From assembly GCA_963804995.1 (NCBI GenBank), contig CAWDSK010000002.1, forward strand, positions 608,001-672,000: 64,000 nucleotides of DNA, given 5' to 3'. The notes beneath the pieces are model-generated. The model made no database searches. It was not told the origin of the DNA and worked only from the letters and a program-made list of their open reading frames with translations. This stretch comes from an uncultured Acidobacteriota bacterium. GTDB taxonomy: Bacteria > Acidobacteriota > Terriglobia > UBA7540. This document shows, one piece after another, positions 10,701 to 20,350 of the stretch (position 1 is the first letter of the stretch; the number at the start of each line of letters is the position of its first letter). A program made the position numbers and the translations under genes.

Positions 10701-11007
10701 TAGCGGAATGCGGCCGGACGTAAACCCAAACGACTACTTGCTGTTAGGCAACGGGCCACTTGTGCAGGACGGCACTTTCCTCCCGGACGTTTTCCAGCAG
10801 GCCCTGACGCAAGGGCTCGCCTACGGAGCACAGGCAACGCAGGTCGACGTGCCCCAGTTCATTGGTCAAGGCAAAGTCTACTATTTACTGCCACACGGAC
10901 TTGACGCGGGCGTCCTCCTCTATTACGGCAGCTATCGGGATTACACCAATCCGAGCCTGAATGGAATCCTCCGGTCGTACAGTATCTACTTCGGCCGCTC
11001 CTGGTAA
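7783..11007 (+). CDS. DmsE/MtrA-family decaheme c-type cytochrome fused to an MtrB/PioB-like outer-membrane beta-barrel (1074 aa)
   Basis: AAGGAG SD then MRSPRL signal peptide; 10 CxxCH motifs; HHPLREG, CxDCHDPHG, GPFMYQHPPV and IHGS signatures; ~100-aa Pro/Ala linker; ~640-aa aromatic beta-strand-rich domain ending YSIYFGRSW. Confidence 0.88.
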   Translation: MRSPRLAFIAILAFAFICPPSLWAKEKSGYGIGSFAKYVQIAGATRVGSDTCVRCHDHVANDFRHAFHAQQGVECEDCHGPGSLHVDGNGDVAKIIEFRSRPVKDANGVCLSCHIQNAGVRHWVAGPHEANSVRCTDCHQVHAAAAPGPTPPRMNFDTASPGHTTFVEKFVPESGVMMERRSAINDACLKCHQAQRAQMQLPYHHPLREGKLDCVDCHDPHGGPAGNNLRMANANQLCLSCHAQYRGPFMYQHPPVNENCMNCHTPHGSANTNLLTLSEPALCLQCHIGHHDGAGLPLVDRCTDCHNTIHGSDVPTATGGSRFLDKGGNGVPSLPPQPAMAQGLNSQRVRAALAPVAAHNPMMLRTRIPQLLAAPPPAGTFSAGHLSPVPSHSPVMNLAGMAFPGALAASLGTFPGGMSAMMGGLPDSAQAPNSYWGLYFTPGAYRFKNVTGYGGRVGEYDSLQSSEGGDFEGDYVSLPHHLSLLTRGTVLTGSDFDFKSRLTMGDSLEVGADLRSFVEQQDDYPFLSSTISPDITVSDGITPGTVFGVKRRMGNAYARVKVPKWPVHLFVKGSWQARVGECQLRYLDENINTSCGMTCHYNSQFQRLNYTTRDLGGGVEVNAHGLALTYEHDYSSFNDRLPFPVGQYGPMLNKDEPGPVFVPDTPAGNYYLSIPSPSRYSADLLSVNWTASPKLIFNGQATYRRTRDIFTNNPQNGFDADTTLSWHPHDRLRITGDYRQQNLVNGFVPYYALFGNMSYHQYWAGLKGDYELWGHLNLETEYHHAGITRSNAFLWPQIYSFDNTDKLPVVASSSSNKTGVALHYHSSGHLNGRAGYEWTGTHNPGYLIVPLNNNRIFGDVTLTPARWLAFTNDTSLNVQNGFQLIQRRDRFYAETASATLTPVPFWTLALGYSYQQDNLATYMGFQHDTVAGYVIDEPFVPFRQLSQTYWVQSGYKLKDRFGLNLSLAHSSAHSGMRPDVNPNDYLLLGNGPLVQDGTFLPDVFQQALTQGLAYGAQATQVDVPQFIGQGKVYYLLPHGLDAGVLLYYGSYRDYTNPSLNGILRSYSIYFGRSW

Positions 11008-11413
11008 ATCCGCTCCTTTTTCCGCAGGGCGAAGGGAGCAAGGTAGGGGGCATCATTTAGTTCGGCGCTGGCAGGGGATTTGGCCTGGAAGTCGCCTTCG
11101 AGGAAGCTTGGGGTGGCACTGCACTCGCTGGGATAGACCGCGCACGTCGTAGGGTGAAGCAAAGTCGCTCAACTCCTGCATCTTCGCCAAATCAGAAGTG
11201 ATCGAAGATTCGCCTTTCAAATTGGCCCTCCGCCCCAGGCCGAGACGCTGTGAAGAATCCTGCTGTAGCGTCCCGATTTATCGGGACAACGCCGGTCCCA
11301 GCCCCGCACGCACGGGATTCAACTATTCCAAGGGCTCACGTTTTTTTTCATCAAGGCACGAATCCACGGTAGAGCCCTGGGAGAAAAAACCAACTGTGAC
11401 CTCCTAAAATGAG

Positions 11414-11640
11414 GGTGGGTTTGAGGTGGCACGGCCCACCTGCCCCGATCCATCGGGGTCTTGGCCGTGACTGGGCGCGGGCGGGAGAAGGTGTGAAAAA
11501 ATCGTCTAGAACCTTCTTACCGCAGAGGCGCTGAGGCGCAGAGGAATGAAAATAAAGGTCCTTTTCTCTGCGCCTCCGCGGTAAGAATACTATTTCTTCA
11601 CACCTTCGGCTGCCCGTGGCACCTCAAAATAAGTCGCGGC
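11414..11640. mobile_element. Composite nested REP/MITE, copy 1 (copy 2 at 42568-42806)
   Basis: GTGGCACGGC...GCCCGTGGCAC REP interrupted by an inner element with TIRs GAAGGTGTGAAAAAAT / ATTTCTTCACACCTTC (11487-11607). Confidence 0.8.
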
Positions 11641-11747
11641 CTGAGGTTGCGGGGGTGGATTTCTAGGAGCACGACACCTTATTATGGAGAGCCCAGCGTC
11701 ACGAGGCATCGCTGGATTCTCCTCTTTTTTCATGGGAGGCCCTCCGG

Positions 11748-13262
11748 TTGTCGAACCCACGCTTGCACTTCATCTTGACGGCCCACACTTGGATACGGCT
11801 GGCGAGGACTTTCCAGACCCTGACCGCTTTTCGAAAGATCATTCGTGCCGCGGCACGTGTCTTGATGCTCGCCGGGACAGCCCACCTGTGGTGCGTGCTA
11901 TCCTTGGCGCAGGACGATGCTCTTTCGCGGCCCGTCTATCAGAACCTGCGACAGAACGAGGATTGGTCGGTATTGGCGAACCCCGGAGGAGTTCAGGGTC
12001 ACGACTTCTTCGATCCCATTAAATACATTCCCCTGACCGACGATGGCTCGATTTGGCTGAGCCTGGGAGGCCAGGTTCGCGAACGGGTGGAGAACTGGAA
12101 CGAGTTCAATTTTGGAGCCCCGATTACGGCTGTCCATGACGACACGTTTCTTTATTCACGGCTGATGTGGCACGCGGATCTGCACCTGGGGTCAGTCGTC
12201 CGCATCTTCCTGCAAGAACGGAGCGCCTTTTCGACTCATCGGTCGCTCACCGGCGGCGTCAAAGGAAATGTGGACGAACTGGATTTCGAAAACGCTTTTA
12301 TTGATGTGAAAGTTCCGGTCTCCGAAAGTGCCCGGCTCACGCTGCGCGCCGGAGAGCAGGAAATTGCCTTTGGGAGGGAGAGGTTTGTCGGTGCGTCGGA
12401 TTGGACGAATACCCGGCGGACGTGGTACGGCTTTTCAGGAATCCTGGATTCGGGAAAATCCAACCTTACGTTTTTCTGGGGGCGTCCCGTTCGAATAACA
12501 GAATATCATTTCAATCCTCCTGATTCCGGAACGCAGCTCTATGGGCTGGATTTCAATCGCAAGCTGCCCGCGCCCTGGGGAAACTTGGAGTTGTATTGGT
12601 ACGGGTTGAATAACCGGTCCGCGACTTACGACGGGACAACCGGCCCGGAGAACCGGCACACCTTTGGCGGGCGCAATCTGAACCAGATTGGCAACTCGGG
12701 CTTCGATTATGACTTGGAGGGAAACGTCCAAGTCGGCTCATTGGGAATGCGCAGCATCCGAGCGGGCTCAATCGCGCCCCAGTTGGGCTATACCGTGCGC
12801 AAGATCCGGGGTACTCCCCGCTTCTATTTCGGTAGCGACTATGCGAGCGGCGGCCATCCAGGCACAGGTAGTGTGGGATCCTTCAACGTGCTGTTCCCGA
12901 CTTCGCATGACACTCTGGGCTACGCCGACATCGTGGGCCGGGAGAACGTGATCGATTTGAACGGAGGCGTGGGCGTTAACCCGGCCCGTAAGTGGAAGGT
13001 TCGCCTCAACACCTACTCCTATTGGCGCGCTTCGACAAGCGATGCCTTTTATGATAAGCGTGGCGCGGTCATCCGGGCGGCCAGCCTTGGCACCGCGAGA
13101 AAAACGGGAGCGGAAGCGGACTTGACAGTCCGATACCAGCATGACGTTCATACCGTCATCCAACTTGGGTACAGCCACTTCTTCCCCGGACCGTTTGTGC
13201 TGCAGTCAGGCCCTCACGAGCCCGTGGATTTCCTCTATACCTTTCTTCAGTTCACATTTTGA
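11748..13262 (+). CDS. Alginate export (AlgE-like) family outer-membrane porin
   Basis: RQNEDWS..DPIKYIPL..LSLGGQVRER N-terminus, LRAGEQE..GRERFVG motif, C-terminal FTF; start uncertain (ATG at 11865 possible). Confidence 0.8.
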   Translation: MSNPRLHFILTAHTWIRLARTFQTLTAFRKIIRAAARVLMLAGTAHLWCVLSLAQDDALSRPVYQNLRQNEDWSVLANPGGVQGHDFFDPIKYIPLTDDGSIWLSLGGQVRERVENWNEFNFGAPITAVHDDTFLYSRLMWHADLHLGSVVRIFLQERSAFSTHRSLTGGVKGNVDELDFENAFIDVKVPVSESARLTLRAGEQEIAFGRERFVGASDWTNTRRTWYGFSGILDSGKSNLTFFWGRPVRITEYHFNPPDSGTQLYGLDFNRKLPAPWGNLELYWYGLNNRSATYDGTTGPENRHTFGGRNLNQIGNSGFDYDLEGNVQVGSLGMRSIRAGSIAPQLGYTVRKIRGTPRFYFGSDYASGGHPGTGSVGSFNVLFPTSHDTLGYADIVGRENVIDLNGGVGVNPARKWKVRLNTYSYWRASTSDAFYDKRGAVIRAASLGTARKTGAEADLTVRYQHDVHTVIQLGYSHFFPGPFVLQSGPHEPVDFLYTFLQFTF

Positions 13263-13379
13263 TAAGAGTAAGACGCGATCCGCTTCAACATTGATAACCT
13301 GCCCGGATGTGGCCCAGCGCCCCTGCGGAGAACCACGTTGAGGTCTGTCCGCCTTGAGCTGACCCACTACCGTCGGTCT

Positions 13380-13466
13380 GGTAGTGTCGCAGTTTGATGT
13401 AGAGGCGGCTTTACGCCGCCATATGGCGAGGTAAACTCGCCGCTACATCATCAAACTGAGACACCC
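13380..13466. repeat. TIR-flanked REP doublet (form with empty loop)
   Basis: GGTAGTGTCGCAGTTTGA-TGTAGAGGCGGCTTTACGCCGCC-ATATGGCGAGGTAAACTCGCCGCTAC-ATCA-TCAAACTGAGACACC. Confidence 0.85.
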
Positions 13467-13596
13467 CGTCGGTCTACCCGGCTTCTCGTTTCCGCGCCAG
13501 CTATGTTACGATGCATGATTAGCGAAATTTCGCCGAAACGCTAATCGACGAGGCCCCGGCGGGTCTCGGAAGGCCTCCAGGGGAATATCGAAATCA

Positions 13597-14751
13597 GTGA
13601 GCTCAACCACTCCTCTACGTCCACGCATTTTGAGCGGCATGCGCCCCACGGGCAAGCTGCATCTCGGGAATCTCGTGGGCGCTCTACAGAATTGGGTGAA
13701 GCTTCAGGACGAGTATGACAGCTTTCACTTCGTCGCCGACTGGCACATGCTGACCACCGGATACGAAAATACACGCGACCTGCGGCAGGACACCTGGGAA
13801 ATGGTCGCCGACTGGCTGGCCTGCGGGCTGGATCCCACGAAAGCCACTTTCTTTGTCCAGTCGCGCTTGCCGGAGCACGCGGAGTTGCACCTGCTCTTCT
13901 CCATGGTGACGCCGCTGGGGTGGCTTGAGCGCGTGCCCACTTACAAGGAGCAACTCGAAAACATTCGAGACCGCGACATCAACACGTATGGCTTCCTCGG
14001 TTATCCGCTGCTGCAGGCCGCGGACATCCTGATGTATAAGGCCAACGCGGTGCCCGTGGGTGAAGACCAGGTACCGCACGTGGAGTTGACGCGCGAAGTG
14101 GCGCGACGGTTTAACCTGATTTTTGGCGAACTCCGGGCAGTAAACGCTGTGGGAACTAGTGCCGGTCGTCCGCTGAGTGGGGGCCGGGGTTCGGAGGCGA
14201 ATGCTTCCGGCGATTTCTCGAAGGCATCCCTCGACCAGAAAGCGGAGTTCTTGAACAAGGGGCTGGCTGAGCTTCGCCCGATCTTCCCGGAGCCGGAGGC
14301 TCTGCTGACTTCCGCTCCCCGCCTTCCGGGCACCGACGGTCGCAAGATGTCGAAGAGTTACGCCAACGCCATATTCCTCACCGACGCGCCGGCAGCAGTC
14401 TCAAAGAAGCTGGCCGGCTACATGACGGATCCGGCACGCAAGCGACGCACCGACCCCGGCGATCCTGACGTTTGTCCGGTGTTCGACCTGCACAAGATAT
14501 TTTCGCCTTCCGAGGTTATTGAGCGTGTCAACCGTGAGTGCCGCACCGCGGAGATCGGCTGCGTGGATTGCAAAAAGCTGGCGGCCGGTCATCTGAACAA
14601 TTTTCTTGGCCCGATTCAGGAACGGCGAAAACCCTACGAGCAGAATCCTCAAAAGGTGTGGGATGTCCTCGAGGAAGGAACCGCGAAAGCCCGCAAGGTT
14701 GCGCAGGAGACGATGGCGGAGGTCCGCAAGGCCGTGAATCTTATGCCATGA
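13597..14751 (+). CDS. trpS: Tryptophan--tRNA ligase
   Basis: SGMRPTGKLHLGN (HIGH-like), VPVGEDQ and KMSKS motifs. Confidence 0.97.
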   Translation: MSSTTPLRPRILSGMRPTGKLHLGNLVGALQNWVKLQDEYDSFHFVADWHMLTTGYENTRDLRQDTWEMVADWLACGLDPTKATFFVQSRLPEHAELHLLFSMVTPLGWLERVPTYKEQLENIRDRDINTYGFLGYPLLQAADILMYKANAVPVGEDQVPHVELTREVARRFNLIFGELRAVNAVGTSAGRPLSGGRGSEANASGDFSKASLDQKAEFLNKGLAELRPIFPEPEALLTSAPRLPGTDGRKMSKSYANAIFLTDAPAAVSKKLAGYMTDPARKRRTDPGDPDVCPVFDLHKIFSPSEVIERVNRECRTAEIGCVDCKKLAAGHLNNFLGPIQERRKPYEQNPQKVWDVLEEGTAKARKVAQETMAEVRKAVNLMP

Positions 14752-14760
14752 AAGGGAGTA

Positions 14761-14884
14761 ATCAGCCCTCAGCCGTCAGTTAGCGTCCCCTTCCTCAGCC
14801 CTTCTTCCTTGGAGAGGGTAGCAGAGGACAAAGGCCGGGTGAGGGGTTTCGAAAGCTGAAAGCTGAGAGCTGATAGCTGAAGGC
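14761..14884. repeat. Heptamer arrays flanking a CCCT..GGAGAGGG..GGGTGAGGGG palindrome
   Basis: ATCAGCC/CTCAGCC/GTCAG on the left, (AGCTGAN)x4 on the right; core resembles 39618-39747. Confidence 0.6.
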
Positions 14885-14893
14885 TTTTTTCGT

Positions 14894-15774
14894 ATGATCG
14901 ACGAGCCTCGTGAGCCAAACCCGGAGACGCCCGAAGCGGGAGGCCCTGCGGAAGCAGCGCTTCCAGCCGCCAAGCGCGTTTCTCACGGCACGGCGCCGCC
15001 TCCGCCCATCAAGCTGGCGGCTTACGAAGGCCCCCTTGACCTGTTGCTCGACCTGATCCGCAAGCAGCAGGTTAATATCTATGACATCCCCATCGCCAGG
15101 ATCACGCAACAATATCTCAACTATCTCCACATGATGGAGGAGTTGAACATCGACGTGGCCGGTGAATTTATTTTCATGGCGGCCACGCTTATCTACATCA
15201 AATCGCGGATGCTGTTGCCCGTCGACCCCACGGCTCCCCCGAGGAGCAGGAAGATCCGCGTGCCGAACTCGTCCACCGGCTGCTTGAGCACGAGCAGTTC
15301 AAGAATGCTGCGGAAATGCTGAACTCCAAGCGCATGGTGGAAGACGCCATGTGGTCGCAGGCCGGCATCGGCGAATTTGCGGAGGCGGAAGACGAGCCGG
15401 GGATCGCGGTGTCAGTATTTGATCTGATTTCCGTGTTCCGGGAAATTCTGGAACGCGCCAAGAAACGGACCCAGATTCAGATCAAGCGGGAAGAAGTCAG
15501 TGTGGCGCAGATGGTCGAGCACGTGAAGCAAGTGCTACGCCGCAGCTCCGGGCCCGTTCCCATTGAGGACCTGATTGGTGATTTCCTCTGGCGGCAGGCA
15601 CTGATTGCTCTGTTCCTGGCGCTGCTCGAACTGGTGCGGCTGCGTGCCGTATTGCTCCGGCAGAAGGACCTCTTCACACCCATCACCGTGGCGAAGAGCC
15701 GTAGGTTTGATGAAATCCTCACGGCCACAACCGCGCAGGAATTGGCGGCAGGTTTGGATGAAAGTTTTAGCTAG
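14894..15774 (+). CDS. scpA: Segregation/condensation protein ScpA (frameshift near 15236-15240)
   Basis: [22 protein letters not shown] and FLALLELVR motifs; adding one C to the CCCCC run restores [23 protein letters not shown]. Confidence 0.9.
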
Positions 15775-15873
15775 TTGGCTGTCACTTTTGGCCGTCGAAA
15801 AATGAAACTCGCACCGATTTTTGGTTTTCGAGTTTCGACGTGATTGCCACGAACCACAAACATCTTATGCTAA

Positions 15874-16734
15874 GTGACGAACATTCTGAAGGCCCTCATC
15901 GAGGGCATCATCTATGTGGCGCCGGAGCCGGTCCCGCTGGACGTGATCTTGAAAACCCTGGAAGGCGAGGAGCGCGAGCGGATAAAAGCCAAGCTCGAAG
16001 AGTTGGTCGCCGATTACGAGCAGAACCAGCACGGCATTCAGATCAGGCAGGTGGCGAGCGGTTACAAGTTCTCAACCAAGGCTGAGCACCACGAAGTATT
16101 GCGGAAATATGTGAAGAGCTTGAAGCCACCGGTACGACTTTCGAAGCCGGCGCTCGAAACGCTGGCGGTCATCGCCTACCGGCAGCCCGTGACGCTCCCG
16201 GAAATCGAGGAGATTCGCGGCGTGGACACAGGCGGCGTCATCCACACGCTGATGGAAAAGAAGTTGGTGGTGACGGCGGGGCGGAAGAGCGTGGTAGGGC
16301 GGCCAATTCTCTACCGCACTTCGCGCGACTTCCTGGTGCACTTCGGATTGAAGGATGTGGGGGAGCTTCCCAGCCTGAAGGAATTCGAGGAGCTGGCCAA
16401 GCGCGCGCTGGGCTCCGAGTGGGCTGCGGAAGCACAAGCCGCCGGCCTCGAACCCGCGCCGGCTGCAATTGCGGAGCCTTCTGACTCAACGGCTGGAGAA
16501 GCTTCAGCGCCGACGGTCACGGAACCCGCGACTTCAACCGGAACGGAGACCGCTCCCGAACCAAGCGAGAAAGCGGTAGCACCGGCGAGCGAATCCACCG
16601 CTGCAGAGCCGGCCGCACCCAGTGAAGAAAATGCTTTACCACCTGCAGAACCCGCCCCTTCCTCCGCAGAGGGAGCCGCGTCCGGGGAGAATCAGGAAGG
16701 AACAGCTCCGGCAAGCGAATCGACTGAGAACTGA
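15874..16734 (+). CDS. scpB: SMC-Scp complex subunit ScpB with acidic Pro/Ala tail
   Basis: LSKPALETLAVIAYRQPVT..IEEIRGV and GRPILY..FLVHFGL motifs. Confidence 0.95.
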   Translation: MTNILKALIEGIIYVAPEPVPLDVILKTLEGEERERIKAKLEELVADYEQNQHGIQIRQVASGYKFSTKAEHHEVLRKYVKSLKPPVRLSKPALETLAVIAYRQPVTLPEIEEIRGVDTGGVIHTLMEKKLVVTAGRKSVVGRPILYRTSRDFLVHFGLKDVGELPSLKEFEELAKRALGSEWAAEAQAAGLEPAPAAIAEPSDSTAGEASAPTVTEPATSTGTETAPEPSEKAVAPASESTAAEPAAPSEENALPPAEPAPSSAEGAASGENQEGTAPASESTEN

Positions 16735-16756
16735 AATCAGACTTCGGACCCTATCT

Positions 16757-17480
16757 ATGCAACAGCGCCTTCAGAAGATCATTGCTGACGCCGGGCTTAC
16801 TTCGCGCCGCAAGGCCGAACAGATAATTCTGGAAGGCCGTGTCAGCGTCAACGGTGAAGTGGTCAGCAAGCTTGGATCAAAGGCCGATCCCGACCGCGAC
16901 AAAATCCGCGTGGACGGCCGCCTCATGAAGCCGGTCACCCAGCACGTCTATCTGCTGCTCAACAAACCCGTGGGTTACGTCTCTACGGTCAGCGACCCGG
17001 AGCATCGGCCCACGGTGATGACTCTGGTGCGCGGAATCAAGGAGCGGGTCTATCCGGTGGGAAGACTGGACTATCACTCCTCGGGCTTGATGATTCTGAC
17101 CAACGACGGCGAGCTGGCGAATTTTCTGATGTCGGCCGCTTCGGCTATCCCCAGAACCTATCAGGTGAAACTGCCGGGTTCCCCGCAGGCCTGCCGAGCT
17201 TGCCAAACTGCAAAGCGGCATGGTCCTCAACGGACGCCGGACAGCGCCCTGCCAGATCCGCCCCCTTGCTCAAAGCGACAGACCCTGGTATGAAATCACG
17301 CTTGTCGAGGGCCGCTACCACCAGGTTCGGCGCATGTTCGAGCGCATCGGACAACCGGTGGTAAAGTTAAAGCGGGTGGGGATCGCGTTCCTCACTGACC
17401 ATGGCCTTGGGCCGGGCCGGTTTCGCCACCTGACACGAGCTGAAGTTGAGCGGTTGAAAAGCTGGAAGGGGACAAAGTAG
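16757..17480 (+). CDS. rluB: rRNA pseudouridine synthase RluB/RsuA family (frameshift near 17188)
   Basis: S4 domain RLQKIIADAGLTSRRKAE, VGRLD catalytic motif, EGRYHQVRRMF in the shifted frame; follows scpAB. Confidence 0.88.
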
Positions 17481-17685
17481 GGAAAGTCCAAGTCCCTTCT
17501 TGTGTAGGGTCCACACCTCCCCCAGACTCCACGCCGCGATCTTCCATTCACGACTTCCTTCCGCCCTGGTCTTCGTGCTGCCCTCCCCGGTGAGGCTTGG
17601 CATGCGTTGAAGGAAACTTCCGACCTCGCTAAACTATGAGGTCACCCAACCATTGGCTTCAAGACAGCTGTCGAGGGTGGTGTTA

Positions 17686-18096
17686 ATGGTTGACTCAATC
17701 AAGGAAATCCTCGAGCACGGCAAGACGCTGGCGGTGGTGGGTCTTTCGTCGAAAGTCATGCGCCCAAGCCACGGCGTAGCGGAATATATGCAGAGCCACG
17801 GATATCGGATCATTCCCGTGAACCCGCATGAGGAATCAGTTTTGGGTGAGAAGGGATATGCCTCACTCGACGAAGTCCCGGAGACTGTCGACATCGTGGT
17901 GATTTTCCGTCGTCCGGAGTTCGTGCCGGAAGTTGTGGAAGCCGCAATTCGCAAGGGCGCGAAGGTGGTGTGGATGCAAGAAGGTGTGATCCACGAGGGA
18001 GCTGCGGAGACCGCTCGCCGAGCGGGTCTCGATGTCGTCATGGACCGCTGCATTCTGAAAGAACACGCCAAACGATTTGTAACCGAAGGGATTTAA
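17686..18096 (+). CDS. CoA-binding protein (YccU-like)
   Basis: AVVGLS, GYRIIPVNP, VWMQEG and VVMDRC motifs. Confidence 0.93.
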   Translation: MVDSIKEILEHGKTLAVVGLSSKVMRPSHGVAEYMQSHGYRIIPVNPHEESVLGEKGYASLDEVPETVDIVVIFRRPEFVPEVVEAAIRKGAKVVWMQEGVIHEGAAETARRAGLDVVMDRCILKEHAKRFVTEGI

Positions 18097-18120
18097 GAGA
18101 AACCCGCCCGCCATCCGCCT

Positions 18121-20160
18121 TCAGGAAAGCTCTGCCGCCCGCCTTTGAAAGATTTCAATAAAGCAATTGACCAGTGAAACGGCCGCGGGCGTTATGCCGG
18201 GGATGCGTGAGGCTTGGCCGAGGGTGAGTGGGCGAACTTTGGTGAGCTTCTCCACGACCTCGCGTGAAAGGCCGGAAACCTTGCGGTAGTCGAACCAATC
18301 CGGAATGCGCCGTGCTTCCGCGCGCTTCATCCGTTCCATTTGTTTTTCCTGCTGCTGCAAGTAGCCTGCATATTTGAAGTCTGTCTCCACGCGGCGCGCT
18401 TCCTCGCGGGAAAGGACTGACGGTTCATGAATTGTCCCGGCCAACAAATCTTCGCCCCTCGTAGGGCCGGTTCGAGCATCGCCCCTACTACCCAATTCTT
18501 CCAGTCCCTTGCTGACCCAGGCTATTAAATCGTCAATGGATACGTCCGACCGTTTCAAGAGCTGTGCGCCAGTCAAGGGAGACGGGCCGGTAAAACGCTC
18601 GCCCTCCATCAACCCCAGCCGTGTGTAGACCTCGCGGCCCACGCGCGAGTCGGGAGCCAAGCGAGTTTCCAGCAGGAACTTCGTCGCGGCGGAAATGCGC
18701 AGTTTCTTCGCGAGAAACGCCTCGTAGTCTTTTTGCTTGACCGTCCCCACCTGGTATCCCAGCGGCGTCAGGCGCTCGTCAGCATTATCGATGCGCAGGT
18801 GCAGGCGGAATTCCGCGCGCGAGGTAAACATGCGGTAGGGCTCGTCCACACCCTTCGAGATCAGATCATCGATCAGGATTCCCACATACCCCTGGTCGCG
18901 GCCGATCGTCACGGGGTCTTTCCCTTCGACGCGCCGCGCCGCATTGATTCCCGCCATCAGGCCCTGGCAACCGGCTTCCTCGTAACCCGTCGTGCCGTTG
19001 ATCTGTCCAGCCAGAAAAAGGTTCCGAATCTTCTTCGTTTCGAGCCACGGATAGAGCTCTGTGGGCTGCACCATGTCGTACTCGATGGCGTATCCGGGCC
19101 GAATCATGTCTGCGCTCTCCAGGCCTGGAATCGACTTCACCATGGCCATCTGCACGTCGATGGGCATGGAGGTGGACATGCCGTTGAGATAAATCTCGTT
19201 GGTGTCCAGTCCTTCGGGTTCGAGGAAGAGCTGATGCTGCGTCTTATCAGGAAACTTCACGATCTTATCTTCGATGGAGGGACAGTAGCGCGGCCCGATG
19301 CCTTTAATCTGGCCGGAGTACAGAGGCGCGCGATGCACGTTCTCACGAATCGTTCGGTGCGTCTCGGCATTCGTATACGTGATCCAGCAGACCGTCTGTG
19401 GCTGGGTGATTGACTTGGTGCGAAAGCTGAAGGGTGTGGGAACCGGATCGCCGGCTTGCATTTGAAACTTCGAGAAATCGATGGTGCGCGCGTCCAGCCG
19501 CGGCGGCGTGCCCGTCTTGAGCCTGCCCACTTCGAAGCCCTGCCGGCGCAGCGCTTCGCCCAACAGCACGGAGGGCGGCTCGCCCGAGCGTCCCGCGGAA
19601 TACGTATTCTCTCCGCAATGGATCAGACCGTTCAGAAAAGTACCGGTCGTGACGATTACCGCGCCCGCCTCAACCGTGCGCCCGTCGAGCAAGCGAATAC
19701 CCCGCACGTGTAGCGCTGGCCTCGTGCCAGCGGTGTCGTGCGCGGACGTGATGCCACTATCTTCCAAAACCAGGTCGACTACCTCCGCCTGCTTGATGCG
19801 CAGGTTGGGTTCCGACTCAAGCACCTGACGCATCCTGGCGCGATAGAGCTTCTTGTCGGCTTGCGCGCGTGGGGACCATACGGCGGGCCCGCGACTGGTG
19901 TTGAGCAAGCGGAACTGAATTCCCACGGCGTCGATGACCTCACCCATCACGCCCCCCAGCGCGTCGATCTCTCGCACCAGGTGACCCTTGGCGATGCCTC
20001 CCACAGCAGGATTGCAGGACATCTGCGCAATCAGATCAAGATTGATAGTGTAAAGCGCGGTGCGCAAGCCCATGCGAGCCGCAGCCATCGCCGCCTCGCA
20101 GCCCGCGTGCCCGGCGCCCACCACCACCACGTCGTATTTTTCCGTAAAGCTCGAAAGCAT
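18121..20160 (-). CDS. mnmG: tRNA uridine 5-carboxymethylaminomethyl modification enzyme
   Basis: [50 protein letters not shown] and [11 protein letters not shown] motifs. Confidence 0.98.
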   Translation of the reverse strand: MLSSFTEKYDVVVVGAGHAGCEAAMAAARMGLRTALYTINLDLIAQMSCNPAVGGIAKGHLVREIDALGGVMGEVIDAVGIQFRLLNTSRGPAVWSPRAQADKKLYRARMRQVLESEPNLRIKQAEVVDLVLEDSGITSAHDTAGTRPALHVRGIRLLDGRTVEAGAVIVTTGTFLNGLIHCGENTYSAGRSGEPPSVLLGEALRRQGFEVGRLKTGTPPRLDARTIDFSKFQMQAGDPVPTPFSFRTKSITQPQTVCWITYTNAETHRTIRENVHRAPLYSGQIKGIGPRYCPSIEDKIVKFPDKTQHQLFLEPEGLDTNEIYLNGMSTSMPIDVQMAMVKSIPGLESADMIRPGYAIEYDMVQPTELYPWLETKKIRNLFLAGQINGTTGYEEAGCQGLMAGINAARRVEGKDPVTIGRDQGYVGILIDDLISKGVDEPYRMFTSRAEFRLHLRIDNADERLTPLGYQVGTVKQKDYEAFLAKKLRISAATKFLLETRLAPDSRVGREVYTRLGLMEGERFTGPSPLTGAQLLKRSDVSIDDLIAWVSKGLEELGSRGDARTGPTRGEDLLAGTIHEPSVLSREEARRVETDFKYAGYLQQQEKQMERMKRAEARRIPDWFDYRKVSGLSREVVEKLTKVRPLTLGQASRIPGITPAAVSLVNCFIEIFQRRAAELS

Positions 20161-20350
20161 GTTTGGAAGTCCCGCCCCGTCCCGGAACAATCATTTTAAC
20201 AGTCCGGCTCCTGTTTGGCACGTGGCACCGATACAGACTCATCCAGAAACCATATTTGTGAAGGTGGATCATCTTAGGCAACCGATGAGATTACAATTTG
20301 CACTAACGGATTGACAAACTCGGGTGATTGCGAATAGTGTACGCCATCCT

